A stretch of DNA of 64,000 bases. Origin: an uncultured Bacilli bacterium (GTDB lineage: Bacteria > Bacillota_I > Bacilli_A > RF39 > UBA660). The stretch lies in contig CALVYF010000004.1 of the NCBI GenBank assembly GCA_944372055.1, positions 1,810-65,809 on the forward strand, given 5' to 3'. This document shows positions 18,587 to 27,022 of the stretch, one piece after another. The notes under the pieces were generated by a model. It had not been told where the DNA came from and did no database searches. It was given only the letters and a program-made list of their open reading frames with translations. Within the stretch, counting starts at the first letter, position 1. Each line of letters starts with the position of its first letter. The translations under genes were made by a program, and so were the position numbers.

Positions 18587-21205
18587 ATGAGGTTAAATAA
18601 AAAAGGATTTACATTAGTCGAAATACTTGCAGCTATTGTTATTTTAGGGATTTTGATGGGAATTGCGATAGTTTCAGTTTCTTCTATTTTGTCTAATTCT
18701 AAAGAGGGATTTTATGATAACTTGGAGGATCAATTAATACTAGCAGCAAAAAGTTATTATGGGGATCACAGAACTTTGTTACCACAAAATATTGGTCAAG
18801 AACGACAAGTTACTGTTGAGACATTAATTAAAAACAATTATCTTAAACGTGGATCTGTTGTTGATTATGGTAAAGCAGAGTGTAATACTACTGTAAGTTA
18901 TGTTAGCGTTATTAAATCTTCTAAAAAAGATTATATTTATAGTGTATATTTGAAATGTCCAGCTTATTCTATAGATCATAAAACTGAAATTGAAACTGAT
19001 TTAACTGTAAAGGTAACACTTACTAAGGCTATTCCTATCGAGGAATCTAAGGCTAAAATTGAAGTTTCTGTTAATGGTAATGAGCTTAGTAAAATTGGAA
19101 GCTATCAATATACAATTTATAAAAACGATCAAGTTGTTTATGTATCTAATAATATTTCTGGAGATAATCAGAGTAAAATTACAAAAACTGTTAAACTTAA
19201 GAAATATGTTCCTGGTGCTCTTAAAGTAGTAGCAACAGCTTATGATATTTATGGAAATGTTAAAAGTGATTTTAAATCAGAAAGTTTTTATGATGAAGGA
19301 TTGCCTAAATGTGGTAATCAAAGTCCATCCCTTGATTTAAAAAATAATAATCAATGGATTAATTCTTCTTCGTCTACTAAGAATCGTAAGCTTACTATGA
19401 AATGTATAAATAGTAGTACTAAGTGTTTGGCTTCTAGTTTTTCAAGAACCTTTTCTTCTGATAGTGATGAATCTTATATTACAATTTTAGGTAGCGATAA
19501 TGAAGAAGTTAATTGTCCAGTTACTGTTATGATTGATACAACGAAACCTGTATGTGGTAGTAAAAATGATAGTACGGTATGGACGAATAGTGATAGAGAA
19601 GTTACTGTTAAATGTAGTGATGCTACTAGTGGATGTAGACAATCTTCTTATACTGAAGTTTTTACTGATAGTAATACTAAAAATAAGGTGGTAAAAACTA
19701 AAAAGATTACTATTAAAGATAAAGCTGGAAATAGTAATAGTTGTGCTATGAATGTATATGTGGATAAACAAAAACCAACTTGTACGGTTAGTGGTGGAAG
19801 TACTGATTGGACAACGGATAATCGAACAGTTACTGTTACCTGTGATGATGGTGATGGTAGTGGTTGTAAAGTATCATCTTTTAAAGATACTGTTAGTACA
19901 TCAACAAAAATAAAAACTTATACTGTAGAGGATAATGCAGGAAATAAAGGAACATGTAAGGCAAATATTTATGTTGATAAGACTAAACCTAAATGTTCTA
20001 AAATCACAGGAGAAAGTAAAACTTGGACTTCTGATGATCGCACTATTAAAGTTGATTGTAGTGATTCTCATAGTGGATGTGTTAGTGATCCGGTATCTCA
20101 AACATTCTCTACTACGACTACTACTGCAGAAATTACTATTAAGGATAAAGTTGGCAATAGTACTGTCTGCCCAGTTGATGTTTATGTCGATAAAGATACA
20201 CCTACTTGTTCTATTTCTAACGGAGCTCCTACTATAAATACAAGTACTAGTCTTACTTTATCTGTGACGGGTAATGATGTTGGTTCTGGTCTTCATAATA
20301 ATCCATTTTCTTGGACTAGTGCTAGCAGTGGTTTTTCTACAACACGTACGAAAACAGTAACAGCCAATGGTACTTATACAGCCTGGGTTAAAGATAAGGC
20401 TGGGCTTATCGGTAGTTGCTCAATTAATATTGGTAACCTTCAATCTTCTTATAAAATTAATTATCATTATAATGGTGGTAGTAATAATGGTTGTGCTAGT
20501 CAATATCAGGTTGGTGATACTACAGCTCTTTGTACTCCAATTAAGGATAATTATTCATTTGAAGGTTGGTATATTGATAGTGATTTAAAAAATCAAATCT
20601 TATCTATTTCTAGTAGTCAACAGGGAGACATTGATTTGTATGCTAAATGGTCACCTATTGCTCCTACTTGTAATGGTGTTTCTGGTAATACAGGCTCAAC
20701 CTGGGCTAGTTCTAGAACTGTTACTGTTAGATGTAAAAATCCTGATGGTACTAGTTGTTCTTCTGTAACGGAAACGTATACAAGTAATGGTGATAAATCA
20801 TTAAAGATTAAGGGCTCTAATGGAGCAACACGAAGTTGTTCATTTACTGTTTCTAAAGTTGATTCTGCAACTCCAAAAGTAAAATATGCTGGTGCCAAGG
20901 GAAAAACACAATGTCCTAGTGGTGCTGCTTATGAGTGGTTAGAGTCTCGCTGGGTATTTAATATCACTAATACTGCTTCAGGATTTAGAACTAGTGGTTC
21001 TTATATGAAGGTTACGCTAAGTGGATATGATGAAAGTGGTACTTATAATTATGGTTCTGTAAAAGTTTCTAATGGTCGAGAGTTTGGATGCGCCTCTTGG
21101 TCTACTTCTCAATATTGGTTTGCACGAGCTACAAAACCATCTATTACAGCTGTAGCTTGTAATAATGCAGGGCGCTGTGGAAGTGCATCTATCAAAGAAA
21201 AATAG
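18587..21205 (+). CDS. giant modular type IV prepilin-like protein (class III signal, pilin head, 4-Cys repeats, Listeria-Bacteroides repeat)
   Basis: MRLNKKG/FTLVEILAAIVILGILMGIAIV is a canonical prepilin motif with Glu at +5. It is followed by a head domain with a Cys pair, about six 71-76 aa repeats and a YKINYHYNGG...FEGWY...LYAKW repeat (20450..20650). Confidence 0.8.
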   Translation: MRLNKKGFTLVEILAAIVILGILMGIAIVSVSSILSNSKEGFYDNLEDQLILAAKSYYGDHRTLLPQNIGQERQVTVETLIKNNYLKRGSVVDYGKAECNTTVSYVSVIKSSKKDYIYSVYLKCPAYSIDHKTEIETDLTVKVTLTKAIPIEESKAKIEVSVNGNELSKIGSYQYTIYKNDQVVYVSNNISGDNQSKITKTVKLKKYVPGALKVVATAYDIYGNVKSDFKSESFYDEGLPKCGNQSPSLDLKNNNQWINSSSSTKNRKLTMKCINSSTKCLASSFSRTFSSDSDESYITILGSDNEEVNCPVTVMIDTTKPVCGSKNDSTVWTNSDREVTVKCSDATSGCRQSSYTEVFTDSNTKNKVVKTKKITIKDKAGNSNSCAMNVYVDKQKPTCTVSGGSTDWTTDNRTVTVTCDDGDGSGCKVSSFKDTVSTSTKIKTYTVEDNAGNKGTCKANIYVDKTKPKCSKITGESKTWTSDDRTIKVDCSDSHSGCVSDPVSQTFSTTTTTAEITIKDKVGNSTVCPVDVYVDKDTPTCSISNGAPTINTSTSLTLSVTGNDVGSGLHNNPFSWTSASSGFSTTRTKTVTANGTYTAWVKDKAGLIGSCSINIGNLQSSYKINYHYNGGSNNGCASQYQVGDTTALCTPIKDNYSFEGWYIDSDLKNQILSISSSQQGDIDLYAKWSPIAPTCNGVSGNTGSTWASSRTVTVRCKNPDGTSCSSVTETYTSNGDKSLKIKGSNGATRSCSFTVSKVDSATPKVKYAGAKGKTQCPSGAAYEWLESRWVFNITNTASGFRTSGSYMKVTLSGYDESGTYNYGSVKVSNGREFGCASWSTSQYWFARATKPSITAVACNNAGRCGSASIKEK
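19298..20870 (+). repeat. tandem protein-level repeats (about 71-76 aa, 4 conserved Cys) inside the giant pilin gene
   Basis: Unit pattern K(P/T)xC-x(about 20)-V(K/T)C-x6-7-C-x(about 30)-C-xxxVYVD. Unit starts lie near 19298, 19538, 19766, 19979 and 20192 (this unit is degenerate), and again at about 20650 after the Listeria-Bacteroides repeat. Confidence 0.75.
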
Positions 21206-21219
21206 GAGGATAATGAATT

Positions 21220-22092
21220 ATGAAGAGAAAAATTATATTATTTATTATTATTTTCCTTGGTTTGGGGTTGTTGATAGGGGGAGTAGTAATTTCTGTTTTT
21301 ACTCCTTCTACTACTACTACTAAATTGGAAGCTGAACTTAAAGATATTCAAACTGAACAAGTTACCAAAGATGAAGTAACTAAATATATTGAGTTATTGT
21401 ATAGTGATGATGTAACAGCGGCTAAAGTTGAAAAATTTACAGGTTCTGATATTGGCCATGATATGCTTTTTATAGGAAAAGATTCCTATTTACGAAAACG
21501 ACCTTCTAATAAGGTTATAGATAAGTATAATTTACAAGATTATAAAAATAAACAAGATATTTATGCCTCTAATGTAGAAAAAATTATGAGAGATAATTTA
21601 GATTATCAATTGGGAGAATATATTGTTTCTAAAGAAGGCGACATTGTTCAAAAATTTAGTTATAGAACTTATTATTATCAATTATATTTGGGAGACTTAA
21701 ATGAAGTTATTAATATATTAATTCCGAGTGTTTTTGATAATTATTCTGAAATGTTGGTAAGAAATTTGACAGAAGAGGAATCAGTCAAAATGTATCAATT
21801 GAAAATAAAAGCATTAGAGATTATGGATAGTTATGTTAATAATTATATAAATAATGATGAGATTATTTCTTTAGATTTGATTTATAAAAAAGAAAATGAT
21901 AAGATTTTGCAAGATTATTTTACTTTGTTAATGCAATTAAGTGGAAGTTTTTATCAAAATGTCTCTTACCAGACTCCTGAGGAAGAGCAAACTATAATTT
22001 CTAATCGAACTGCTAGAGTTCAAGAGATTGTTAATACTGCGGTTAATAATCAGACTTTGGATATGACAAATCCTTTACAATTGTCTAAATAG
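21220..22092 (+). CDS. hypothetical membrane-anchored protein
   Basis: Good RBS (AGGAGGA). N-terminal TM helix followed by a 260-aa soluble domain. No family recognised. Confidence 0.55.
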   Translation: MKRKIILFIIIFLGLGLLIGGVVISVFTPSTTTTKLEAELKDIQTEQVTKDEVTKYIELLYSDDVTAAKVEKFTGSDIGHDMLFIGKDSYLRKRPSNKVIDKYNLQDYKNKQDIYASNVEKIMRDNLDYQLGEYIVSKEGDIVQKFSYRTYYYQLYLGDLNEVINILIPSVFDNYSEMLVRNLTEEESVKMYQLKIKALEIMDSYVNNYINNDEIISLDLIYKKENDKILQDYFTLLMQLSGSFYQNVSYQTPEEEQTIISNRTARVQEIVNTAVNNQTLDMTNPLQLSK

Positions 22093-22093
22093 T

Positions 22094-22122
22094 GGTTGAG
22101 ATTTCTCAACCTTTTCTTTTTT
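22094..22122 (+). terminator. rho-independent terminator closing Locus A
   Basis: Stem GGTTGAG/CTCAACC with a 4-nt loop, followed by TTTTCTTTTTT. Confidence 0.6.
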
Positions 22123-22158
22123 CTTTGTTTATTATATAATATTGATAGAGGTGGAGAA

Positions 22159-23013
22159 ATGAAAGTATTAGTGGAAGTTGCAAACAAAGAAATTTCTAAT
22201 TATATCGGTTTTTGTGATGCTTTATTATTAGGTTTAGAAAATTTTTCTGTTTTAAACTCTGCTACTTTCTCTTTAGCTGAAATTAGGGAAATTATAAATA
22301 AATATCCAAGGATAGAAATCTTTGTTAAGATGGATAAAAATATATTTAATAAAGAAATTGATGAGGTTAGGCATGTGCTTTTAGAGTTAGAGCAGATGTC
22401 TATTTGTGGTGTATTCTTTTATGATTTAGCCATTTTAGAATTAAAGCAGGAGCTTTCTTTGTCCTTAGATTTGGTATGGAGTCAAACTCATATGATTACG
22501 AATACTCGTACTTGTGATTATTATTTTCATCAAGGTGTTCGTTATGCTTTGCTTTCTAAAGAGATTACCTTAGATGAGATTGTAGAAATTTCTAAAGAAT
22601 CGTCTATTAGTACTATTGTTGAAGTAGTCAGTTTGCCAAGTGTTGGTTATAGTAGAAGAAAATTAGTTCATAATTATTATGAAGATTTAGGAGAAAATGG
22701 TAGTTCTACACTTTCGGTTTTAGAAAAGATTACAAATAAAAAATATTTAGTAAAAGAAGAAAATAATGGAACTGGATTTTTACTTGATGAAGTGTTAAAT
22801 GGTACGTCAGTTGTTTCTTCTTTATATCATGTTGGTGTTGATTATGTGTTGTTTAGAGAAGAAGGTGTTTCTTCTTTCTTAGAACTTATTCGTGATACTA
22901 AGCAATATATTAAAGAGGGATGTAGTGATGCTTCTTATGTAGAAAAATATAAAAAGTTAGGGGATAGTACTGGATTCTTTTTTAAGAAAACTATCTATAG
23001 GGTGAAAAAATGA
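22159..23013 (+). CDS. yrrN: peptidase U32 family protein (YrrN-like)
   Basis: The ATG at 22159 follows GGTGGAG. It is paired and overlapping with the YrrO-like U32 gene, in a Bacillus yrrM-yrrN-yrrO-like arrangement. Confidence 0.7.
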   Translation: MKVLVEVANKEISNYIGFCDALLLGLENFSVLNSATFSLAEIREIINKYPRIEIFVKMDKNIFNKEIDEVRHVLLELEQMSICGVFFYDLAILELKQELSLSLDLVWSQTHMITNTRTCDYYFHQGVRYALLSKEITLDEIVEISKESSISTIVEVVSLPSVGYSRRKLVHNYYEDLGENGSSTLSVLEKITNKKYLVKEENNGTGFLLDEVLNGTSVVSSLYHVGVDYVLFREEGVSSFLELIRDTKQYIKEGCSDASYVEKYKKLGDSTGFFFKKTIYRVKK

Positions 23014-24197
23014 AAAGAATAGAATTACTTTCTCCAGCTGGAGATATTGAACGTTTAAAAGTTACTTTATTATACGGGGCTGATGCTGTTTATATTGGTG
23101 GAGAAAAATATGGGTTACGTGCGAATGCCACTAATTTTACAATTGATCAAATTCAGGAAGGGTGTCGTTTTGCTCATAATCTTGGTAAAAAAGTATATTT
23201 AACTTTAAATATTGTTTTTCATAATGAAGATATGGATGGTGTTGAGGATTATATTAAATCTGTTGTTGATGCTGGAATTGATGCTTTTATTGTGAGTGAC
23301 CCATTTATTATTTCTTATATTAAGAAAAATTTTCCGCAGGTAGAAGTGCATTTATCTACACAGGATTCTACAACGAATTATAAAAGTGTTAAATATTTTC
23401 AAAAACAAGGTGTCGATAGAGTGGTACTTGCTCGTGAAGTTTCTCTTGATGAGATAAAAGAAATTATAGATAAGACTGGAATTGATATTGAAGTGTTTAT
23501 TCACGGAGCTATGTGTACTTGTTATAGTGGCAGATGTGCTTTGTCTAATTATGTTACTAATCGTGATGCTAATCGTGGGGGATGTGCTCAAGTATGTAGG
23601 TTTGCTTTTTCTGTTGATGGTAAAAAAGATTTTACTTTTGCGACGAAAGATAATAATTTAGCTAAATATATTGGTAATCTTATTGATATTGGTGTTACTA
23701 GTTTAAAAGTAGAAGGCAGAATGCGTTCTTTATATTATCTAGCAACTGTTATTGGTACTTATCGTGAAATTATTGACAGGTATTATGATAATACTTTGAC
23801 CGATGATATATTAGGTGTTTTAGAGGAGAGACTTTCTAGGGTTGCTAATCGAGCTGTTTCTTCTCATTATTTACTTAGAGAAGCTGATGTTACTGATCAA
23901 TACTATACTGGTAGAAATGAAGCTAGCAATCAAGATTATTTAGGACAAGTTATCTCTTATGATAAGACTCAGAAGTTGATTCAGATTTATGAAAGAAATT
24001 ATTTTGAGGTTGGAGACACCGTAGAGTTATTTACTCCCGGGGGAGAAAGAATTTCTTTTGTGGTAAAAAAGTTGTATGATGAAAATATGAATCAGTTGGA
24101 TGTAGCAAGACACCCTGATAATATCTATTATATATATTTAGATACTGACATCGAGATAGTTACATATTCTATGATACGATTGCTTCATCATTCGTAG
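23010..24197 (+). CDS. yrrO: peptidase U32 family protein (YrrO-like)
   Basis: N-terminus ELLSPAGD, Cys cluster GAMCTCYSGRCALSNY...GGCAQVCR and EGRMRS. Confidence 0.85.
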   Translation: MKRIELLSPAGDIERLKVTLLYGADAVYIGGEKYGLRANATNFTIDQIQEGCRFAHNLGKKVYLTLNIVFHNEDMDGVEDYIKSVVDAGIDAFIVSDPFIISYIKKNFPQVEVHLSTQDSTTNYKSVKYFQKQGVDRVVLAREVSLDEIKEIIDKTGIDIEVFIHGAMCTCYSGRCALSNYVTNRDANRGGCAQVCRFAFSVDGKKDFTFATKDNNLAKYIGNLIDIGVTSLKVEGRMRSLYYLATVIGTYREIIDRYYDNTLTDDILGVLEERLSRVANRAVSSHYLLREADVTDQYYTGRNEASNQDYLGQVISYDKTQKLIQIYERNYFEVGDTVELFTPGGERISFVVKKLYDENMNQLDVARHPDNIYYIYLDTDIEIVTYSMIRLLHHS

Positions 24198-24452
24198 GAG
24201 GTAGATATTATGAATAAAATTTTGTAGACGAGATAGAAAAATGAATTATCAAAGTAAGGATATATCTGTTATTGGAGATTATGTTTTTTATGTTAATGAC
24301 TTTAGTGAAGAGGTTGATTGGTAAATTAAACAAAGAAAAGAAATTACTTTAGATGATGATTGGTTTGATTATGTTATTCATAGAACTTATGATGAAGAAT
24401 AATTTGAAAAAGATATAAAAGAGGTTATTTTAAAAATTTAAAACTTAATGGG

Positions 24453-25586
24453 GTGTTAATATTGGAACAGTTGGCAATCATAAAAAATAATTTTTTAAAA
24501 ATAGAAGATACTTATTCGCCTTATGCTACTAAGAGTAGTGAGGTAGTTCGTTTTCGTCCGATGGATGATGATATACGTGCTCCTTTCTTTAGAGATGTGG
24601 ATCGTATTATTCATGCACTTAGTTATACAAGATATGCAGATAAGACACAGGTTTATTCCTTCCAACAAAATGATCATATTAGTGAGAGAATGTTACATGT
24701 TCAACTTGTTAGCAAAGTGGCTAGGACTATTGGTCGAGCACTTAATTTAAATTGTGATTTAATTGAAGCGATTGCTTTAGGTCATGATGTTGGTCATACT
24801 CCGTTGGGACATACTGGAGAGGCTTTACTTAATGAAATTTCTTTACGGGAGTTAGGGGAGTATTTTGCTCATAATATTCAAGGTGTTCGTCATTATATGG
24901 AAGTAGAAAATCATGGTGAGGGACTGAATCTTAGTATTCAAGTATTAGATGGAATTATGTGTCATAATGGAGAAATGTTATCTAATATTTATACGCCTGT
25001 TATTAAGACTAAAGAAGAATTTTTGAGTGAGTATCAAGAGGCTTATCATGATTTAAAGGCTTCTAGTCATAATCATCCTATGACTTTAGAGGGGTGTGTA
25101 GTTCGTATCAGTGATATTATTGGTTATATTGGTCGTGATATTGAGGATGCTATAGAGCTTGGTCTTTTTAAAAGAAGTGAATTACCTAAGGAGATTACAG
25201 AAGTTTTAGGTAATACGAATAGTGATATTATGAATACGATAATTTTAGATATTATAGAGAACAGTTTGGATAAGCCTTATATCGGTTTAAGTGAGAGAGT
25301 TTACCGGGCGTTATTTGCTTTAAAAAAATTTAATAGTGAAAATATTTATCGCAAAAGTATGACTAGCGAGGATATTGAATATTATCGTAGAGGAATGAAT
25401 CGGCTATATCATATTTATTTAGATGATATTAAAGATAATCGTGTCGAGAGTGTGATTTATACTATCTTTTTAAATTCTCAGAGTCCTCGTTATTTAGAAA
25501 TTACTGATGCAAGGCGAAAAGTAATAGATTTTATTGCTGGAATGACGGATGATATGTTTATTAGAGAAGTTAAGCGAGTATTATGA
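24453..25586 (+). CDS. dGTP triphosphohydrolase-like HD-domain protein
   Basis: RTPFxRDxDRIIHS-like N-terminus (RAPFFRDVDRIIHA) and LGHDVGHTPLGHTGE HD motif. The start is uncertain (GTG 24453 or TTG 24462). Confidence 0.82.
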   Translation: MLILEQLAIIKNNFLKIEDTYSPYATKSSEVVRFRPMDDDIRAPFFRDVDRIIHALSYTRYADKTQVYSFQQNDHISERMLHVQLVSKVARTIGRALNLNCDLIEAIALGHDVGHTPLGHTGEALLNEISLRELGEYFAHNIQGVRHYMEVENHGEGLNLSIQVLDGIMCHNGEMLSNIYTPVIKTKEEFLSEYQEAYHDLKASSHNHPMTLEGCVVRISDIIGYIGRDIEDAIELGLFKRSELPKEITEVLGNTNSDIMNTIILDIIENSLDKPYIGLSERVYRALFALKKFNSENIYRKSMTSEDIEYYRRGMNRLYHIYLDDIKDNRVESVIYTIFLNSQSPRYLEITDARRKVIDFIAGMTDDMFIREVKRVL

Positions 25587-25605
25587 TAGTACTTGCTTTT
25601 TTTTG
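25572..25605 (+). terminator. rho-independent terminator
   Basis: 9-bp stem AAGCGAGTA/TACTTGCTT (one G-U pair) with the stop codon in the loop, followed by a T-run. Confidence 0.6.
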
Positions 25606-25652
25606 TATTTTATGGTATACTCTTTCTACTTTATTAGTGAAAGGGAGTTAAT

Positions 25653-26363
25653 ATGAAAGATTATACAAATATTACAGTTTTAGATAAAGAAACCTTTATG
25701 ACTGATGTTTCTGTTTTAGAAACTAAGAAAGGTAAAAGATATCAAGTTTCTTATGCAAATGGCGATGTTGAGTCTAATGTTCAATATACTAAGGAAAATG
25801 AGATGGCTATTAATAAAAGATTAGAAGAGCAAGCGGATGCAGCTATTTCTAATAAATATATTTTAGTTAAAAGAAAAAAATTAGGGTTTATTGGTTCTAT
25901 TGCGGCTGGGGCACTTTCTAGTGCAACAGCAATAGTATCCTCTTTTTATATTCCTGAAGAAATGCAAGTTCCAGTAATTGCCATTGGTGCTGGATTATTA
26001 GCTATTGGTGGAATTATAGGTTGTGCTTCTAAAAAACATATACAACCCTATATTGATGAGGTTTCTGATTTAGAATTACGTGCTGAAAAACAAAAAGATG
26101 TTAAGGAGTATTTAGTTTCTTCTCCTAATTCTTATTTAGCACTTGATGGACAAACAGTTGAAGAGAAATTAGTTCGTGCTGGACATATTGTTGATATGAT
26201 AGCCGATGGTCATAATCCTTTGAGTCTTGTTTCTTCAGAAACTGGGGAAGGTTTGTCTAGTAAAGAAGTAAAACAATTGATTAAACGTGATTTAAGAGAG
26301 CAACAGTTAGGTTTAACTTATACTGATGGTTATAGTATTGGGCAAGCTGCTTCTCATAAATAA
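25653..26363 (+). CDS. hypothetical membrane protein
   Basis: RBS AAGGGAG. Two central hydrophobic helices (GFIGSIAAGALSS..., VIAIGAGLLAIGGIIG). No family recognised. Confidence 0.5.
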   Translation: MKDYTNITVLDKETFMTDVSVLETKKGKRYQVSYANGDVESNVQYTKENEMAINKRLEEQADAAISNKYILVKRKKLGFIGSIAAGALSSATAIVSSFYIPEEMQVPVIAIGAGLLAIGGIIGCASKKHIQPYIDEVSDLELRAEKQKDVKEYLVSSPNSYLALDGQTVEEKLVRAGHIVDMIADGHNPLSLVSSETGEGLSSKEVKQLIKRDLREQQLGLTYTDGYSIGQAASHK

Positions 26364-26454
26364 TAATTTTAGTGTTTCTACTTGCATATATTTTTTAAAT
26401 GTGATATATTATTGCAAGTTGAGTTTTGAAAATTACACAATGAGGTGATTTATT

Positions 26455-26925
26455 ATGAAAAATAAAAATACAGTTTATTTAACACAAGAGGGTTTAAATA
26501 ATTTAAAGAAAGAGTTGGATGATTTAATTAATGTTAGACGTCCTGAAAATGTTCAAGCTATTAAAGAGGCTCGTGCGTTAGGTGACTTATCAGAAAATGC
26601 AGAATATGATGCTGCTCGTAACGAACAAGCTGTTATTGAAGCTAGAATTAAACAATTAGAAAAGATGCTTGAAAATGTTTCTATTATTTCTGATGTTTCT
26701 ACAGATTCTGTTAGTATTGGAAATACTGTAACTATCAAATATGTTGATGATGATGAAGAAGATGAATATAAAATAGTTGGTAGTCAAGAAGCAGATCCTT
26801 TTGAAAGTAGAATTTCTAATGAAAGCCCTATTGCTCAAGCTTTATTTGATCATAAAGTGGGAGATATTGTAACAGTAGAGAGTCCAAATGGATCTTATCA
26901 GGTAGAAATCACTGCAATACAATAA
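26455..26925 (+). CDS. greA: transcription elongation factor GreA
   Basis: Motifs LTQEGLNNLKKELDDL and GDLSENAEYDAAR..Q, with ESPIAQAL in the C-terminal domain. Confidence 0.93.
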   Translation: MKNKNTVYLTQEGLNNLKKELDDLINVRRPENVQAIKEARALGDLSENAEYDAARNEQAVIEARIKQLEKMLENVSIISDVSTDSVSIGNTVTIKYVDDDEEDEYKIVGSQEADPFESRISNESPIAQALFDHKVGDIVTVESPNGSYQVEITAIQ

Positions 26926-26950
26926 ACGAAGAAATGTCTTCGTTTTTTTT
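26926..26950 (+). terminator. rho-independent terminator of greA (left boundary of Locus B)
   Basis: Stem ACGAAGA/TCTTCGT with an AATG loop, followed by T7. Confidence 0.75.
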
Positions 26951-27022
26951 GTTTAAAAAACTATTTAAAAAACTAAAAAAATAAGTTATACTGTTATAGA
27001 GTAGAAGAATAGGGGTGCTCAT

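Noticed and set aside
19487-20898. Track ORFs 19487..19771(-), 19901..20101(-), 19935..20237(+), 20367..20588(+) and 20617..20898(-), all inside the giant pilin gene.
   Set aside because: All lie in alternative frames or antisense to a gene with strong repeat and motif structure. Their translations are low-complexity I/L/F/N strings typical of shadow ORFs in AT-rich DNA, and none has an RBS.
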